A stretch of DNA of 64,000 bases from Zootoca vivipara. Its lineage: Eukaryota. Below, one piece after another: positions 12,731-26,127 of this stretch; the first letter of the stretch is position 1; every line of letters begins with the position of its first letter. Made by a program: the position numbers and the translations under genes. The notes under the pieces were generated by a model that did no database searches, was not told where the DNA came from, and saw nothing but the letters and a program-made list of their open reading frames with translations. Location: positions 58,652,001 to 58,716,000 of the forward strand of contig NC_083277.1 of the NCBI RefSeq assembly GCF_963506605.1, read 5' to 3'.

Positions 12731-15700
12731 TCAGCACATTCCAAAATGCTGGAGCAACAGAGCCCCTTTGCTCTTTCTGGAAAGAAAAGGGTAACATATA
12801 TTGAAATTATTATTGTGGGTAACTGGAATCATAAAACAAAGTTATATACGGTTGTTGTTTTTTAAAGCAGCTCTTAGTTTGAGAAATGCAATGACTTGCA
12901 TTCCATCTTGTCCCCTACAACTGCTTCCCACTATGCAAAAAAGGAACATTTTGGTTCCTAATGCAAGCCACTTTCACCACAGAAAATCAATCAAAATTCT
13001 GACCAGTAAAATCTTCCCATTTAAATACAGTGGCACCTCTGGTTACATCCTTAATTCGTTCCGGAGCTCCATTCTTAACCTGAAACCATTCTTAACCTGA
13101 GGTACCACTTTAGCTAATGGGGCCTCCCACTGCCGCTGTGCCGCCACCGCAGCAAATTTTTTCGTCTCATCCTCAGGTAAAGTTCTTAACCCAAAATACT
13201 ACTTCTTAGTTAGCAGAGTCTGTAACCCGAAGAGTTTGTAATCCGAACCATCTGTAACCTGAGGTACCACTGTAAACACAACAGACACTGCAATGGAACT
13301 GTCAATATGAGCAGCGATGTTTAGGGATACCTTGCTTCAGCAACATCTGTGCTATGCATAAGTGTACTTTGTTAAAGGTCCTGAGAAGACCCCTATTCCC
13401 CTCAGAGAGCCACAATTCCCAGGGAATTCCTTCTTTCCAGGGAACTCTGGGAATTGTAGTTCTCTAAGGGGAATAGGGTCTCCTAACAACTCTCAGCTGC
13501 AAACAGCAACTTATACTTCCCAGGATTCCTTAGGAGAAACCATAGTTTAAAGTGGGATGTATAGTCTGGGTGATGCCAGAGTAGCTTGACAGATCATGGA
13601 TCAATAGTTAACAAAGAGACCATGTTTTTGTGAGACTTTACAAATTAGGGAAAAACTTCAAAGTATAGTCTGGATGGAAGCATGATTATGAGACCATATT
13701 TTTAACCCTTTCAACTGACAAAAGTGAATCCAGGAATTTGGTTATGTGACTATATCCCAGCTCTGGAGAATCCTTGACATTGTGGTCAGCTTCCAACAAA
13801 ATATAAAAATGCAGTAAGGATATATGTAGGGTGGCTTAATTCTCATCCTACCAAAACTATCACAGTGTCATCGTAAGTATACGAAACAGCTTGGAAGTTT
13901 TGAATATATCTTTCTCTTCTATCATGTTATCATCACTTTAGCTTTTTTTTAAAAAAAGAAATAATTATTTCTATACGTACAGGGCATTAATGCAGAAATC
14001 ACACTGGTTGCTATAGTTGTTCCCATCGGAACCGCAGTGAGGCATATAATTCAAGGGGCACATTTGATCATCTGGGCCAAAATTCTTGCAATAGTCCTGC
14101 AAAAAGAATGATATTCTAAATTTGTCTTCCTGTTAAATAAGACTAAGTTCCACATTACAAAATAAGTAGTGATGTAGCCATCAAACTTTTAGATTTGCTC
14201 ACCAGTTCAACATACCGTAACTTCTTTTTTTAAAGTGCAATTTGTATTCAATTTTGTAAAGTCATACATATTTGCAACAAAGAAACAAAACCCCAAAAAT
14301 GAAGAAATAGGAAATACAACAGTCATAATTTGATATGCATTATATTATCTCAAATAAATATTTTGGTTCATGTGAAGCATGTGCTGTGTTATGTCAGTAT
14401 TTGTCAGAGGTTTTTGTGGCTACTCTTGAGTAATGACGCTCCACACCTCCTTGTCTTTAAGGTGTTTTTATTGTGCATATTATTTGCAGTGCAAAGAGTC
14501 TGGAAAACACGTCTGCTTATTTTACAAAATAAGCAGTGATGTAGCCATCAAATTTGCTCACCAGTTCAACATAACTTCTTTTTTAAAGTGCAATCTGTAT
14601 TCAATTTTGTAAAGTCAAGCATATTTGCAACAACAAAAAAATATGAAGGAATAGGAAATACAACAGTCATAATTTGATATGCATTATATTATCTCAAATA
14701 AATATTTTGGTTCATGTGAAGCATGTGCTTTGTTATGTCAGTATTCAATAAACTTTACCTAATTCTGTCTAAACATACTAAGTTTATGCCTTCTTTCACG
14801 CTTGATACCTTATAAAAATTCCACAACTGCAAAAATGTAGGTTTTCTGCTTCCGATTCTGTTATGAGAGGAATTGATATTTGCCACTCCCAATATCTAGA
14901 ATAACACAATCATGCTGCTTACCTGAATCTGAAGACATTGGCCTTCATACTTCACACCCACATTTTTGTTGGATTCCCTGGGTAAGAGAGATATAAAAGT
15001 TGACAAATTCTTTCCTGTAGTTCACTTTATGAAAACAAACCTCTGTATGTTCAGCTCTTCAGAACAGCTTGACTGAGCTGGTTTTATAATTTATATCCTT
15101 GAGCTCCTTCATCTATTGCAGATCTTTTGTCCTCTTGCTACTTGAAATAAAAATAGACTCTGTAGATACTTAAGAATCCGGTTTCACTTTATTTACAGCA
15201 TGTGGGACTGGTTTCACATCCTTGATCAGCGTTGATGCTTATTGGATTGCATTGGGCCAATCATCATTTATCATTCTCTTAATAACCAATCATTAGACTG
15301 TGAGAATACAATAGGATTGGTCTCATGTAAGCCAGTGTGTAAGCTTGGAAAGAAGGTGGGGTGGAAAAGGACCAAATACAATAAATACAATGAGATATCA
15401 TTATAAAGAATGATCCATTGCCTGGGGGAAAATGTTCAGTATCCACATTACTTACAGGTTTTGACGACAAAGATCACATTTGCTGATATATGTGGTATCA
15501 TCTGTTCCGCAGACTGGTTTAGCGATTTTTGTGCAGAGCATGAGTCCTTTCGCTTGTCTGAATTCACTGCAATCCATCTATAAAAGAAACATGTAGCATT
15601 TTATTCTACCCAGCAATCCTCTCTGTTTTCCATTGTGTTGATGTTCTTAATTGCCACCCTCTGAACCTGTACCAATTGGGCTAAATTATTCTTAAAATGT

Positions 15701-18700
15701 GGAAACAGTATTCCAGATGAGGTCTATGCAGAACTGGCAAAGCTAACAGTGAAAATGACAGATCAATATGATGGACAGTTTATGGAAGAGTAGAAGCCTT
15801 TTGGGGATTATTTGAAAGAAAAAAACCATAACCAAATGAAATCAGGGGCAGGATTTGAAATTTGATAAAAATAAAATAATAAAATAATAAAAATCTTTAG
15901 GAAAGTAAAAGTATTCCAGATGAGGTCTGACTAGTGTTGAATAACTGTGAATCTATTACTTCCAACTGGTCAGAAATTATGGTTCTATTAAGATATCCTT
16001 TTAAAAAAATGTTTTGTAGGGGCACTACATCACATGGGTTTGCTCAGGATCATGTAACTTGCCTATACAAAACTGGCATCCCCACTCAGCAATCAAGGCA
16101 AATGGACTTGCATGTATTTTATGGGAAACCAAACGCCTCTTAGGAAATTGTAAATGAGGTTCGATCCCATTATTTACAGAAGCTAACAGCCATTTTTTCT
16201 CAGGCAGTGCTATGAAGGCTTATAAAGTTCAGGGCCCTAATATGGTACACGTTATGGAACGCCTTTCCCCATATTAGCCTGCCCATGCCCTGAGGTCATC
16301 ATCAAAACTCTTCTCTACGTGCCCCTCTGGCAGTTTTCAGGAAGATGGTGGCAACAGGGGTAAATCTAGGCTTTATTTCTCCCAGGTCAAAGATCCAGTT
16401 TGGCCAAAAACAACAGTAGCAGCAGCAGCAGCAGCCATGCACATTTTGCACACACAGAGGCTGGAAGCCTCAGTGGTCCACCTCTGGAGGCTTCACCTGA
16501 GGGCAAAAAAAATGGCTCCCCCACATGCCGTAGCTATGGCTCTGGGTGGCAACAAGGGAGGCTAAGGTTGCACAAGCACATTTCCTTTCCTCCAGGTGTT
16601 TGGAATGTTGTTGTTTTTGTTTTGCAGGTGTGTTTGTATGTGTGTGTCTATTTCTGTCTTTGGTGGTTAGGGAATGGAGGGGTTGTCCTTATAGTCTGAT
16701 TACCTTGTCCACTGGCACCTCAGTTTTTGAACATCTCTGGTGAGAAACGTTTTGGTTTTCAAAAGCTGAAAATCTGGAAGTAAATGCTTCTGTTTTCGAA
16801 CGCGCCTCGGAAGTCGAGCGGCTTCCGCTGAGGTATCACTGTATTTTTCTTAATTTTCTCTATTAAATTTGCAGACCGCCCTCGGTTTTTGAATGTTTCG
16901 GAACTCGAACGATCTTCAGGAACGGATAACATTCGAAAACCGAGGTACCACTGTACCAGGAGTTGCTTTTAATTATTTTGTTTTGAGATTATATTGATTC
17001 ATAAGTTTAAGACATTTCAATTCCCTCCAAATCACACAACAATTTTGCCAGTTTGGTTCGGCAGGTTCAATTTCTCACCACAAAACTCTTTATACCTACC
17101 TTTGCACATTCTCCAACATTCTTCTTACCAACTAGTTTGTTTTCCTCCCTGTGTAAGAGAAGAATTTAGGGAACTTTAGCAAACAATTTCCTGTATTCTA
17201 GGTTAACGACACTCATAATAAACATTGGTCAGCGCACTAGTAGACCTTGCAAGTCACAGGCAACTAGCTGCATACCTTTGAGTACCCCCAGAAACAAACA
17301 TTGGATAAATCTGTCTGTTTCAGTCCCTCATATTTCCAGTCTTATGCTTAATTCACCCCATTTCCACATCTGTTTGAGTTTTTTAAAAACTAACTAAATA
17401 AAAAATCTTATGAAATTCCTTTTTGCGTGCATTGTATCCTAATACATTTTTGTATGCCATGTTGCGTAATGTGCATTTGTATATTTTTTTAAGCACTATA
17501 CTTATTTTTATGTACATTACTTTTAATATACAGATTTTTGCACTTATATTTTGAACGATATCTGTGTTTTGGATCATATATTGTTTTGGGCTATACAAAT
17601 TAGCTGGATGTATATTAAAATATGAACTGAATAGCAGAGAGCAGAGAGTAAGTTTAACGTCATGTTGTAAGCACACTGGATTTACACAGAGATCACTGAG
17701 CACTGAACCTCAGCTGGTTACCTTGGCCCAGAAATAATCTCTCAGTCTCCGGCTAACCACAGGGGAATAGTGGTAAAATGGGAATGTTCCCATGTAAGTC
17801 ATATCTCCATCTTGGAAGTGGGGTGGGGTGGAAAAGGGACTGATAAAACAAATTTGATGAGACATCATTATAACTAATTGTAGCAATGATCTGTTGCCCA
17901 GCAAGAATCTTCTGCATCTGCGCTACTTACTGGTTATGGCGACACAGTTCACATTCATTAGGATAAGTGTTGCCATCTGTACCACAGATTGGAAAATACA
18001 TCCTCGTGCAGCTTATTAGTCCATTACCAGTTGCCTTGAGGTGCTGGCTGCAATCCAACTATAAAAAGAAAACAAACAGCATTATATGTCTACACAACAG
18101 TTATCCTTTATATAACCTCTCAAGGCTTTCATCCTTTAACGTTTATAACTGATACACAGGAGAAAAGAGGGTACCTTATGAATCTACCTTTCCTTTTTAC
18201 ATTTCCCATTATTCACAAGGAAGAAGCATGCAGAAGACTGAACCCAGGAAAAATGGTTGAATGAATTTCTCAAGTGTGGAATTGCCTAGGGCATCATTGT
18301 ACAAAAGGCAGCATATAAAAACTGCAACATGGAATATATAGAATAGCCAGACAATTCTGTAGTGGAATCTAAATGCATAATAAAAAAACCTTGTGAAAAT
18401 GCTTTTTAAAAAACGTTTTGAGAAATATATTGAATTTGCCATAGCTCACCATCGCCATCTAGCATCACATTTGCACAATGCACTTTACAACACACTTAAA
18501 ACGTTTTGTTTGTACAGTAGCTGTATAGCTGAGTCCTGTGTGTAAATAAAAGCACAGGCTTCCCAATTGCCTGGTGCTATGTTTTGTAGATTTAATGCTA
18601 TTTGCTAGGTGTGGGGTTATCTGTGGTGGTCAGCCACAAGGCATGGTCAGCTGCACAACACTTTCATCAGCTTTTCTGCAATTGGGCGTGGCCACCCAGA

Positions 18701-20053
18701 TGACCAGTTCCACTCTTGAATGTCTTTCCTGTTCCAGTGAGCAGCAGCAGCATGAATGGTGAGCCACAGCTGCAGAATTGTCCTCCTGACACCCCTGTCA
18801 CTGTACCTAGATGCGGAGGGGGATGGGGATGGGTCTGGGGCCTCCCTCCTGCCCTTTCCCAACCCCAGCAATCTCAAAAACGAAGCAACATTCAAAGAGA
18901 AGGTCTCATGTCCCACTGAAATGAATGGTCATATCTCTGCTAATAACTGTGCTCTTCCACAGCTCTCCTTCACTATAATTGCACAGGAGAACTGCTGTGT
19001 GTGGGTTTATGTGTCTGCAGTGAGAACACCAGCATTTCCCCCTTACACTTGAGGAACACAATTCAAATTCTTCTCCACCTGCCAACTTGCAATTACAGCT
19101 TTAGCTGTATTGCCAACCAACTGCAGAAGGCTGTAAGAGCAATATGGCATTACTCACTCTGTTCACCTGAACGTCTTCGTCCCCGAAGATGCCTGAAAGG
19201 AGACCAAAAACAAATGGATGACGTTTCTAAGCTCTCAAAAATTCAGAAGGAAATCTCTGCACAACGGCTTCTCCTTCTTTAAAACTAAGAATGTGTTGTG
19301 GAACAAAATGATTATATAAGACTTACTAGACCTATTTCAGATTACTCAGTTACTCAGTTGTATTAACTCTTTGCTGTATGAGACATTTTTACTGCTGCTA
19401 TGAATATCCAATTAATGCTTTAATAAGCCTAATAACAACTTTTTCAAAAGATTATAGAGACGGGAGAATGATCAGCAGTTGGTATGCTGAGCGCCAGTCA
19501 TTTCATATAATTATAAATGTGTGCCTCTAATCAGGTCTATAATATTTTTCCTGTTCTGGGGGTGGGTGGATTTGTCCATGTTGCTTTCTCAGTGTGCCAT
19601 TTCCCCAATCTTACGTTCGGTTTGTGTTTCAGCTTGCATTTTAAAAGGCCACCTCATTTTAGTGTGTGTCTGTCATAAAATACACACTTTTGCAGGAATT
19701 TTCCCCAGAATGATGCATTTTTGTAAGTTATTTTCACTAATATTTGTATTATAATGCACTCAACTATTAAGAAGTGTGAATTGAGTAGGTGCACATCAAA
19801 ATGCGAACCAAACCAAACCTCTCTTCCATCCTTACTTATGGCCATACCTAGGGGATCGCAGAACAGGGTCCCAGTACTTTTTATGGGTTTGTAGAAAACG
19901 GAATTTCAGTGAGACAGCTTAACTTTCTTCTACCCTTGCATGGCAAGCTGCACCTGCCAAAACTCCCTCTTAAACTAAATATTTTCTTCCATATCAGGTC
20001 AGTCGTCTGAGCAATATAGCAGACTTTTTCAGGATGTTAGCAGTAATACTCTG

Positions 20054-20118
<65 letters not shown>

Positions 20119-20175
20119 GAGTGACTCACCTGTGAAGCACCAAAGTGCCAGAACAACAACCACAAATGCACCCAT
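12731..20175 (-). CDS. Three-domain Kazal-type inhibitor (ovomucoid-like, copy 2), 8 coding exons, 198 aa
   Basis: Exons 20175-20130 (MGAFVVVVLALWCFT), 19192-19158 (GIFGDEDVQVNR), 18058-17931 (LDCSQHLKATGNGLISCTRMYFPICGTDGNTYPNECELCRHN), 17148-17100 (QEENKLVGKKNVGECAK), 15577-15456 (MDCSEFRQAKGLMLCTKIAKPVCGTDDTTYISKCDLCRQN), 14977-14923 (LESNKNVGVKYEGQCLQIQ), 14096-13981 ([38 protein letters not shown]), 12776-12731 (LKSKGALLLQHFGMC*). Total 597 nt. Two exons per domain and 8 exons overall match avian ovomucoid, and the C-terminus resembles ovomucoid domain III (..HFGKC). AATAAA at 12652-12647. Orthology not tested. Confidence 0.9.
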
Positions 20176-20274
20176 TCTTCACTGAGCACTGAATGCACCA
20201 ATGTTCAGCTGAGAAGATTGTCTTCTAGAACAACTTAACCAGCAGGATATCAGATGCACACATGCAAGGACCTC

Positions 20275-20283
20275 TATATATAT
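20275..20283 (-). promoter_or_regulatory. TATA box of ovomucoid-like copy 2
   Basis: Same position relative to the ATG as in copy 1. Confidence 0.6.
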
Positions 20284-20497
20284 GCACAGGAGTTTACTTT
20301 AGATTTCTTCCTTGTGAAAGACTTGGCACTCTAAGGACAGTTTCATAACATAAAGAGTTGACCTTCTTGAGGGGGGGATTCTTTCCACACCCAAAGGATC
20401 AGGACAGGATGAAGGTAGAATGTGTCTTCTCACTTGATTTAGTTCAAACTTGCTTTTCCTGCCACCAAGATAAGATATACAGTTCCTTTATTTACTA

Positions 20498-20725
20498 CCG
20501 TGTTTCTCCAAAAACAAGACACCGTCTTATATTTATTTTTCCACAAAAAACTATGGCTTATTTTCAGGGGGTGTCTTTTTTTTTTCCTCCTTCTCCTGCT
20601 GCGGCCGGCATTGCTGTTGCGCCTATCACTATGTCTTATTTTGGGGGTATGGTTTATATTCCTTGAATGCTTAAAAATCCTGCTATGGCTTATTTTATGA
20701 CTACATGTTTAAATAGGGGAAACGG
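20498..20725. mobile_element. Tc1/mariner-type MITE upstream of copy 2
   Basis: Termini CCGTGTTTC...GAAACGG with TA TSD; absent from copy 1 (empty site tttactatatc at about 6601). Confidence 0.75.
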
Positions 20726-23712
20726 TATATCTTTTAAGAGAAAAGCAACTGGAGAGGGGCATTTGATCTGAAGCCAATCAGAAATCTTTTCCCAATGAAA
20801 TGAAATCTTCTGGGGGCAGGGAGAATTCACTGTAAGAATAATGGTTTCTGAGGTAAGCTTTTCTCTTTATCAGTGCAATCAGCACAACAGTGATAATAAC
20901 ATATTGTCTATCCTACAACAATCTTGGTTGCCAGGGCTGCTGATGTCTCCTCTCTTGCCCAAAGTTTAGAAAAGTTTTAGAGCTGACTAAAGGCTTTTAT
21001 AAGGAGAAAGAAAAAGAAGCAAATGGCTAAGAATGGATAAGAGAACCAGGCTTTTGGTAAGAACTCATTGCTCAGTTGCTGAAGGAATCCAGATACAGTA
21101 TAAATTTGTATCCAATGGTTGTATTCACACAAGGATTTCCATCTGATCTATGGAACTTTCTCTCACCTTCCTCTTCCTCTGTGCCCCTCCAAAATCATCA
21201 CTGGAAGGTGGGTTGACACACAGAAAAGATTTTAGGCTTTGGCGGGGACTGGGAAAGGAGAGGAAATTGAGCTAATGGGACCACTTTGTTGGATACAAGT
21301 CAGTCTCAATGTTAGGCCATAGCTCCCTTGTAGCAGAGCACTTCTTTTGAATGCCAGAGGTCCCCAGTTCAATTCATGGCATCTCCAGGTAGGAAAAGAC
21401 TCTAGATTTAAACACACAAGAGTCATTGCCACACAAAGAGCACAATACTGAACTAGATTCTGGACCAGCACTCCAACTGGATAAGGGAGCTTCCTAGCAA
21501 ACGCAAATAAGCGCTGCTTTTGAGAGGGAAATAAATTTTTCAAGCACTCAAAATGCATAGTAACACAGGAAGCTGCCTTATACTCAGGGCTGGCCCACCC
21601 ATGAGGTGAGCTGAGATGCAGGAAGCCTAAGCGGTAGTGCTGCTAGTGGTGAAATGGCGGCAATATCTCAGAAGATATCTCATGAGATCTCATGATGGAG
21701 CACATTGTGAGATTTCAGCAGCAGTTTTGGGGCCACAGTTTCACTACCCACATAAGGGAGGCATTGGTGGGGATGGCACTGGGGTGGCAGGGCAGGGCGA
21801 CACCTTCCCACTTAGCCTCAGGTAGCAAAACCAGTCCACAGAGGGTCCACAGCCTGTCAACTTTCTCCTCCTTAGCTCAGTGTCGCCCTTTTAGAACTCA
21901 GCAGACTTAGTTGGCTTTGCCTGTCATTGGCTCTTCCTCTGCCTACTGCTGGTCTTCCTGTCTTCCACCAAACACCTTTGCCCCTTCTCCTCTGCAAGGC
22001 AACACCACTGCAGCAAAACTAACCCTTGCTCTTTCACACGTGACTATCCTGAAAAAGCAAACATGCGGTTCATTTCATCAATAGGACTTCAATGATTATA
22101 AGCACCTGCCAGAGGCCTGATTTTAAAAAAATACACTGAACCAACAATACTGACAAAAGCTGGTTTTCTCATGTGAAGGAGCAGGAGAAAGAATAAGGAA
22201 ATGTTGAAACTACGGAAGTGAGTGGAGGCTGGAAAGAAGGTGTCTGACAATAGTGGTTTGTTTGAGAATGTGTGAGAGAAAGGATTTGATATTTACGCTG
22301 ATTGATTCTGGAAGCTGTTATATTTTCTTTCAACAAAAAAAAGTACAGTAGCTCTAAGGATACAGAGGCAGCCCAACCTGAAATACAAGGGAATTACACA
22401 GCATATACAACGATGGAAAAATGGAGAGGAAACATATCTGAACTAACCTGTCAGAGCGCCAATTTTCCAGTGCCAAACAAAACAGTTCATTTCTGAACCA
22501 TATAAATAAAATAAGATTATTTACTTGTCAAATCATAGTTAAACCTTTGTTCTTCCAAGAATCACATTGGAATGAAGGTACTTTGCACAAAGCTGTATTT
22601 ACAGGTAAAAGGAAGAGTATAGATCACTTGTTTCTTTTCTTTTTTGGTGAGGAGAAATGAATGAAGAAATTATTCCTACCTGCTTATTACATAGGAAGAT
22701 ATTTAATTTCTCATTGCCTGAATCAGAAGGCACAGGGATCAGAAGATATGGAACTGGATGTGAATTATTGAATATACAAAAAGTAAATAACGATGGACTA
22801 TTGTTTTAACATATGACCACATTGGAGAGGCTCTTGTGTGAACAAAGGCAAAAGGGTTTATTCAACCCCTTTCTTTTACAAAGTATTAAAAATTGAATTT
22901 TATTCCTTAAATCGTGTCATTCTTTGGAACTGAATTTTTAGAAGGCGCTGTTTTTCAGCATACAACTGTCATTTGCCAATATATTGTAAAAGGCTGAAAA
23001 GTCACATGGATGGATTGATAGGAAATGATATTTTCAAAATACCAAGCTACTGTACATTCTGAGGAACTTGAAGTGATTATTAATCTGTGTATGGATTAAC
23101 ACATATACTGCATAGGTATTTGGGGGGTAAGTTGGTGCTGCTGTGTATATTCCTGATGTTTGTCTCCTTTAATACTATAATGAAGTGGGAGAAGAGTTAG
23201 TCTTAATGATCTTTCCAAGATTCCCACATCTCAACCCTGTGAATGCATAGTTTGGTTCACACAAGCATGGCCCAGTGTGAAATTATGGTTCTCAGCTCAG
23301 CTGCTGCCTTTGTGAATAGGTCTGCAAGACAGAAAGATTGTACAGTATCCTTTTGTCCTCCCCTTGGCCAGGTGGGAGCAGGGCAAGCTATGCCTGAGCT
23401 TTTTTGGAGTCAAGCTGAAAGGAAGGGGAGGCTGAGGGCATCTTCTGGTGCTGGGGGTTCTCCTAAAAAATTCCCTACAAGTGGAGAGCATTGAATTTGG
23501 GAAACCCTTAGAGTTAGCCTGTATCTTCCTTACCTATGCTCACTTTGCCAACGCAATCTGCCAGCCCTGCATGGAAGCCCACCAGTGGCTCATTAAAACC
23601 CCTAGTTTAGCTGCTTGGCTGGGACTTCAGAAACAAGCAGCTTGTGAAGCCCAAGCCCACACAGCTAACAGGTAGTGTTCAGCTTGGTCAGGGTCCTGTG
23701 TATAAGCCTGTG

Positions 23713-23993
23713 CCCATTGCTCCGTCCCAGCTTCTGCCAACCTAGCAGTTTGAAAGCACGCCAGGTCAAGTAGATAAATAGATACTGTTGCAGCGGGAAA
23801 ATAAACAGCGTTTCTGTGTGCTCTGGAATCCGTCATGGTATTCAGTTGCGCCATGGTATTTAGTCGTGCTGGCCACATGACCTGGAAAGCTGTCTGTGGA
23901 CAAACGCCAGCTCCCTCAGCCTGAAGCAAAATGAGCTCCGCACACCATAGTCACCTTTGACTGGACTTAACTGCCTAGGAGTCCTTTACCTTT
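23713..23993 (+). mobile_element. Sauria SINE, 5'-truncated
   Basis: ctgccaacctagcagtttgaaagc...ggccacatgacctggaaagctg...cctttacctt. Confidence 0.8.
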
Positions 23994-24422
23994 TTGTAAG
24001 TCTGTGCCACACTCACTAAGGCCTAAAATGTTTCATATTGCCTGCGTGTCTTGAAAAGGCTAGGATTGGGAGGTCCAGTATGTAACAGAAAAGATGAATC
24101 GTATGATGGGGTCACTGGGATCACCATGGGGAAAATTGGATTATATGGTAAGTTTGGGGGTGAGAAGAGTCTGAGCCTGTAGCCTATCCAATGATTCCCT
24201 CCCCTCATTTTCAGTGGCTTTCAGGTGTCCTATCTGAATAAATTCCACAAGTCCTTTCCTTAATTCATGTTGTTGACTTGATGGGTTTGCAAATCACCTT
24301 TCTTCATGAAGCTCAATATAATCAATTGCTATTAATCATAAGAACTGGATCATCTTGGGTCATCACTTCTGAACTCAGTGGTGGACTTTGGTCTTTAAAA
24401 TTTCAGGCCAAAATTTGACACA

Positions 24423-24468
<46 letters not shown>

Positions 24469-24630
24469 ACCTCTCACCTTCCATTCTGCTCAATTCAGTA
24501 CAATATAGTTGTGAAACCCTGCAGCGCCCTCTAGTATCAGCATCTAGTGCAGTGGAACCACCTACACTGTCAAAAATCTGCCTCTAAATTAGGATGAAAA
24601 ATCATGGACAATGGGAAATGGGTTCAGAAG

Positions 24631-24633
<3 letters not shown>

Positions 24634-24676
<43 letters not shown>

Positions 24677-24755
24677 TTATTTGTATCCCGCCCATCTGGC
24701 TGGGTTTCCCCAGCCACTCTAGGCGGCTTCCAACAAAGATTTAAAATACATTAAA
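24634..24755 (-). mobile_element. L2 3'-end stub with (AAT)n
   Basis: cccgcccatctggctgggtttccccagccactct, same as the 3' end of the L2 at about 8866. Confidence 0.75.
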
Positions 24756-26127
24756 ATATGGAACTGGATGTGGATTAATGAATATACAATACGTAAATAA
24801 CTATGGAATATTGTTTTAACATATGACGACAGTGGAGAGGCTCTTTGTGTGAACAAAGAGGAAAGGATTTATTATTTTTCAACATGGAGGAATCATCGTT
24901 GACATTTATTGAAATTAATAATTGGAGAACCCCTTTTGAACTCTGTGTGTGGAAGGGAAAATGAATGAATTTGAGATCTGGGTCTGAAGAATGGGAAAAT
25001 ATCACTTGGCAGAAGGAGGAAGAGCTGGATGTCACACTGGAGTAAATACTTTGAATTTTCTTTTTAAATGTAATTAACAGAGAAACGGATGTCATTTTTT
25101 TTACATCTCTTTCTTTCTTTTTTCCTTCCTTCTTTCACTCTTTTATTTTGAACTTCATTTCTTCTCTTTCTTCTCCCACCCCCACCCCCATTTCCCCTTT
25201 ATTCTTTTTAGTTGATGTTCTCTACTCTAAGTCACTATTGGAATTATACACACATGAAGGTGATGGATAGTTGGTGAGGGCAGGGTAGATTTTTACTGTT
25301 CAGTCTACCAATGCTTGCAATCCCATTGAAATAATCAATATTTCAAATATTGTATTAACAGTGTGAAATCCCATTGATTTCTCTCTCTCTTTTTTAGTTG
25401 ATTAATGAGAGGTGGTGGTGGTGTTTTGCACCATTGAGAGAGTTAGAAATAAAACTTCTGATATACTGAAAGATGCTTATCTGAGAAGAAACAAAGAACC
25501 AGAGAGAACACCACAAATACACCTACATATTGTCTTCGTAGCAGAGGCAGTTATTCAACTGTAAATCCAGCTCCAGACAGGGAGGCAGTTCTGGTAGGGC
25601 TGTTGGGTATTTATATGTGTATGTGCAGATCAATATCACAGGTCCTAATCTAAACATTCCTGTTGTTGCAAAGTAACCCACAGGTTGAAATTCGCTGTCA
25701 GCAAGAATGAAAAGGCATGGGGGGGGGAGAGAAAAACACTTCCGCTGCTCCAATGGTTTTGCTGACCAAACTGCAGCTTCTGGTGTCAGTCTTTCTTGTA
25801 GAAGGTCTTGGAAGCAACAACTCCCCAAGCAAAACCCCCAAGTTGGGATGAGAGAGACGTTCCATTCAGTTTGTATGTAATGGCAAGCGGACTTGTTTCA
25901 CACTTTCCAAAGCAAAATGTGACAACAGCCATCTTTTGAAATTCACCCTTCTCTGAAATTTTCAGCTCGGTTCTCCAGCCAAGTAACGTGTATAAAAATC
26001 CATATTTTAGAGTAAAGTACACATATAAATTCACATATTTGTGAAAGTAACAGTAAAAAATGCATTATAGCTGGAGCAACTGCATGCAAAACATGGGCCT
26101 TTGGGGAGAAATTCACACTAAAATGCT

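Noticed and set aside
22748-24868. Roughly 115-bp diverged duplicate (22748-22858 vs 24757-24868)
   Set aside because: Most likely fragments of an old repeat or a local duplication, with no coding or structural signal.
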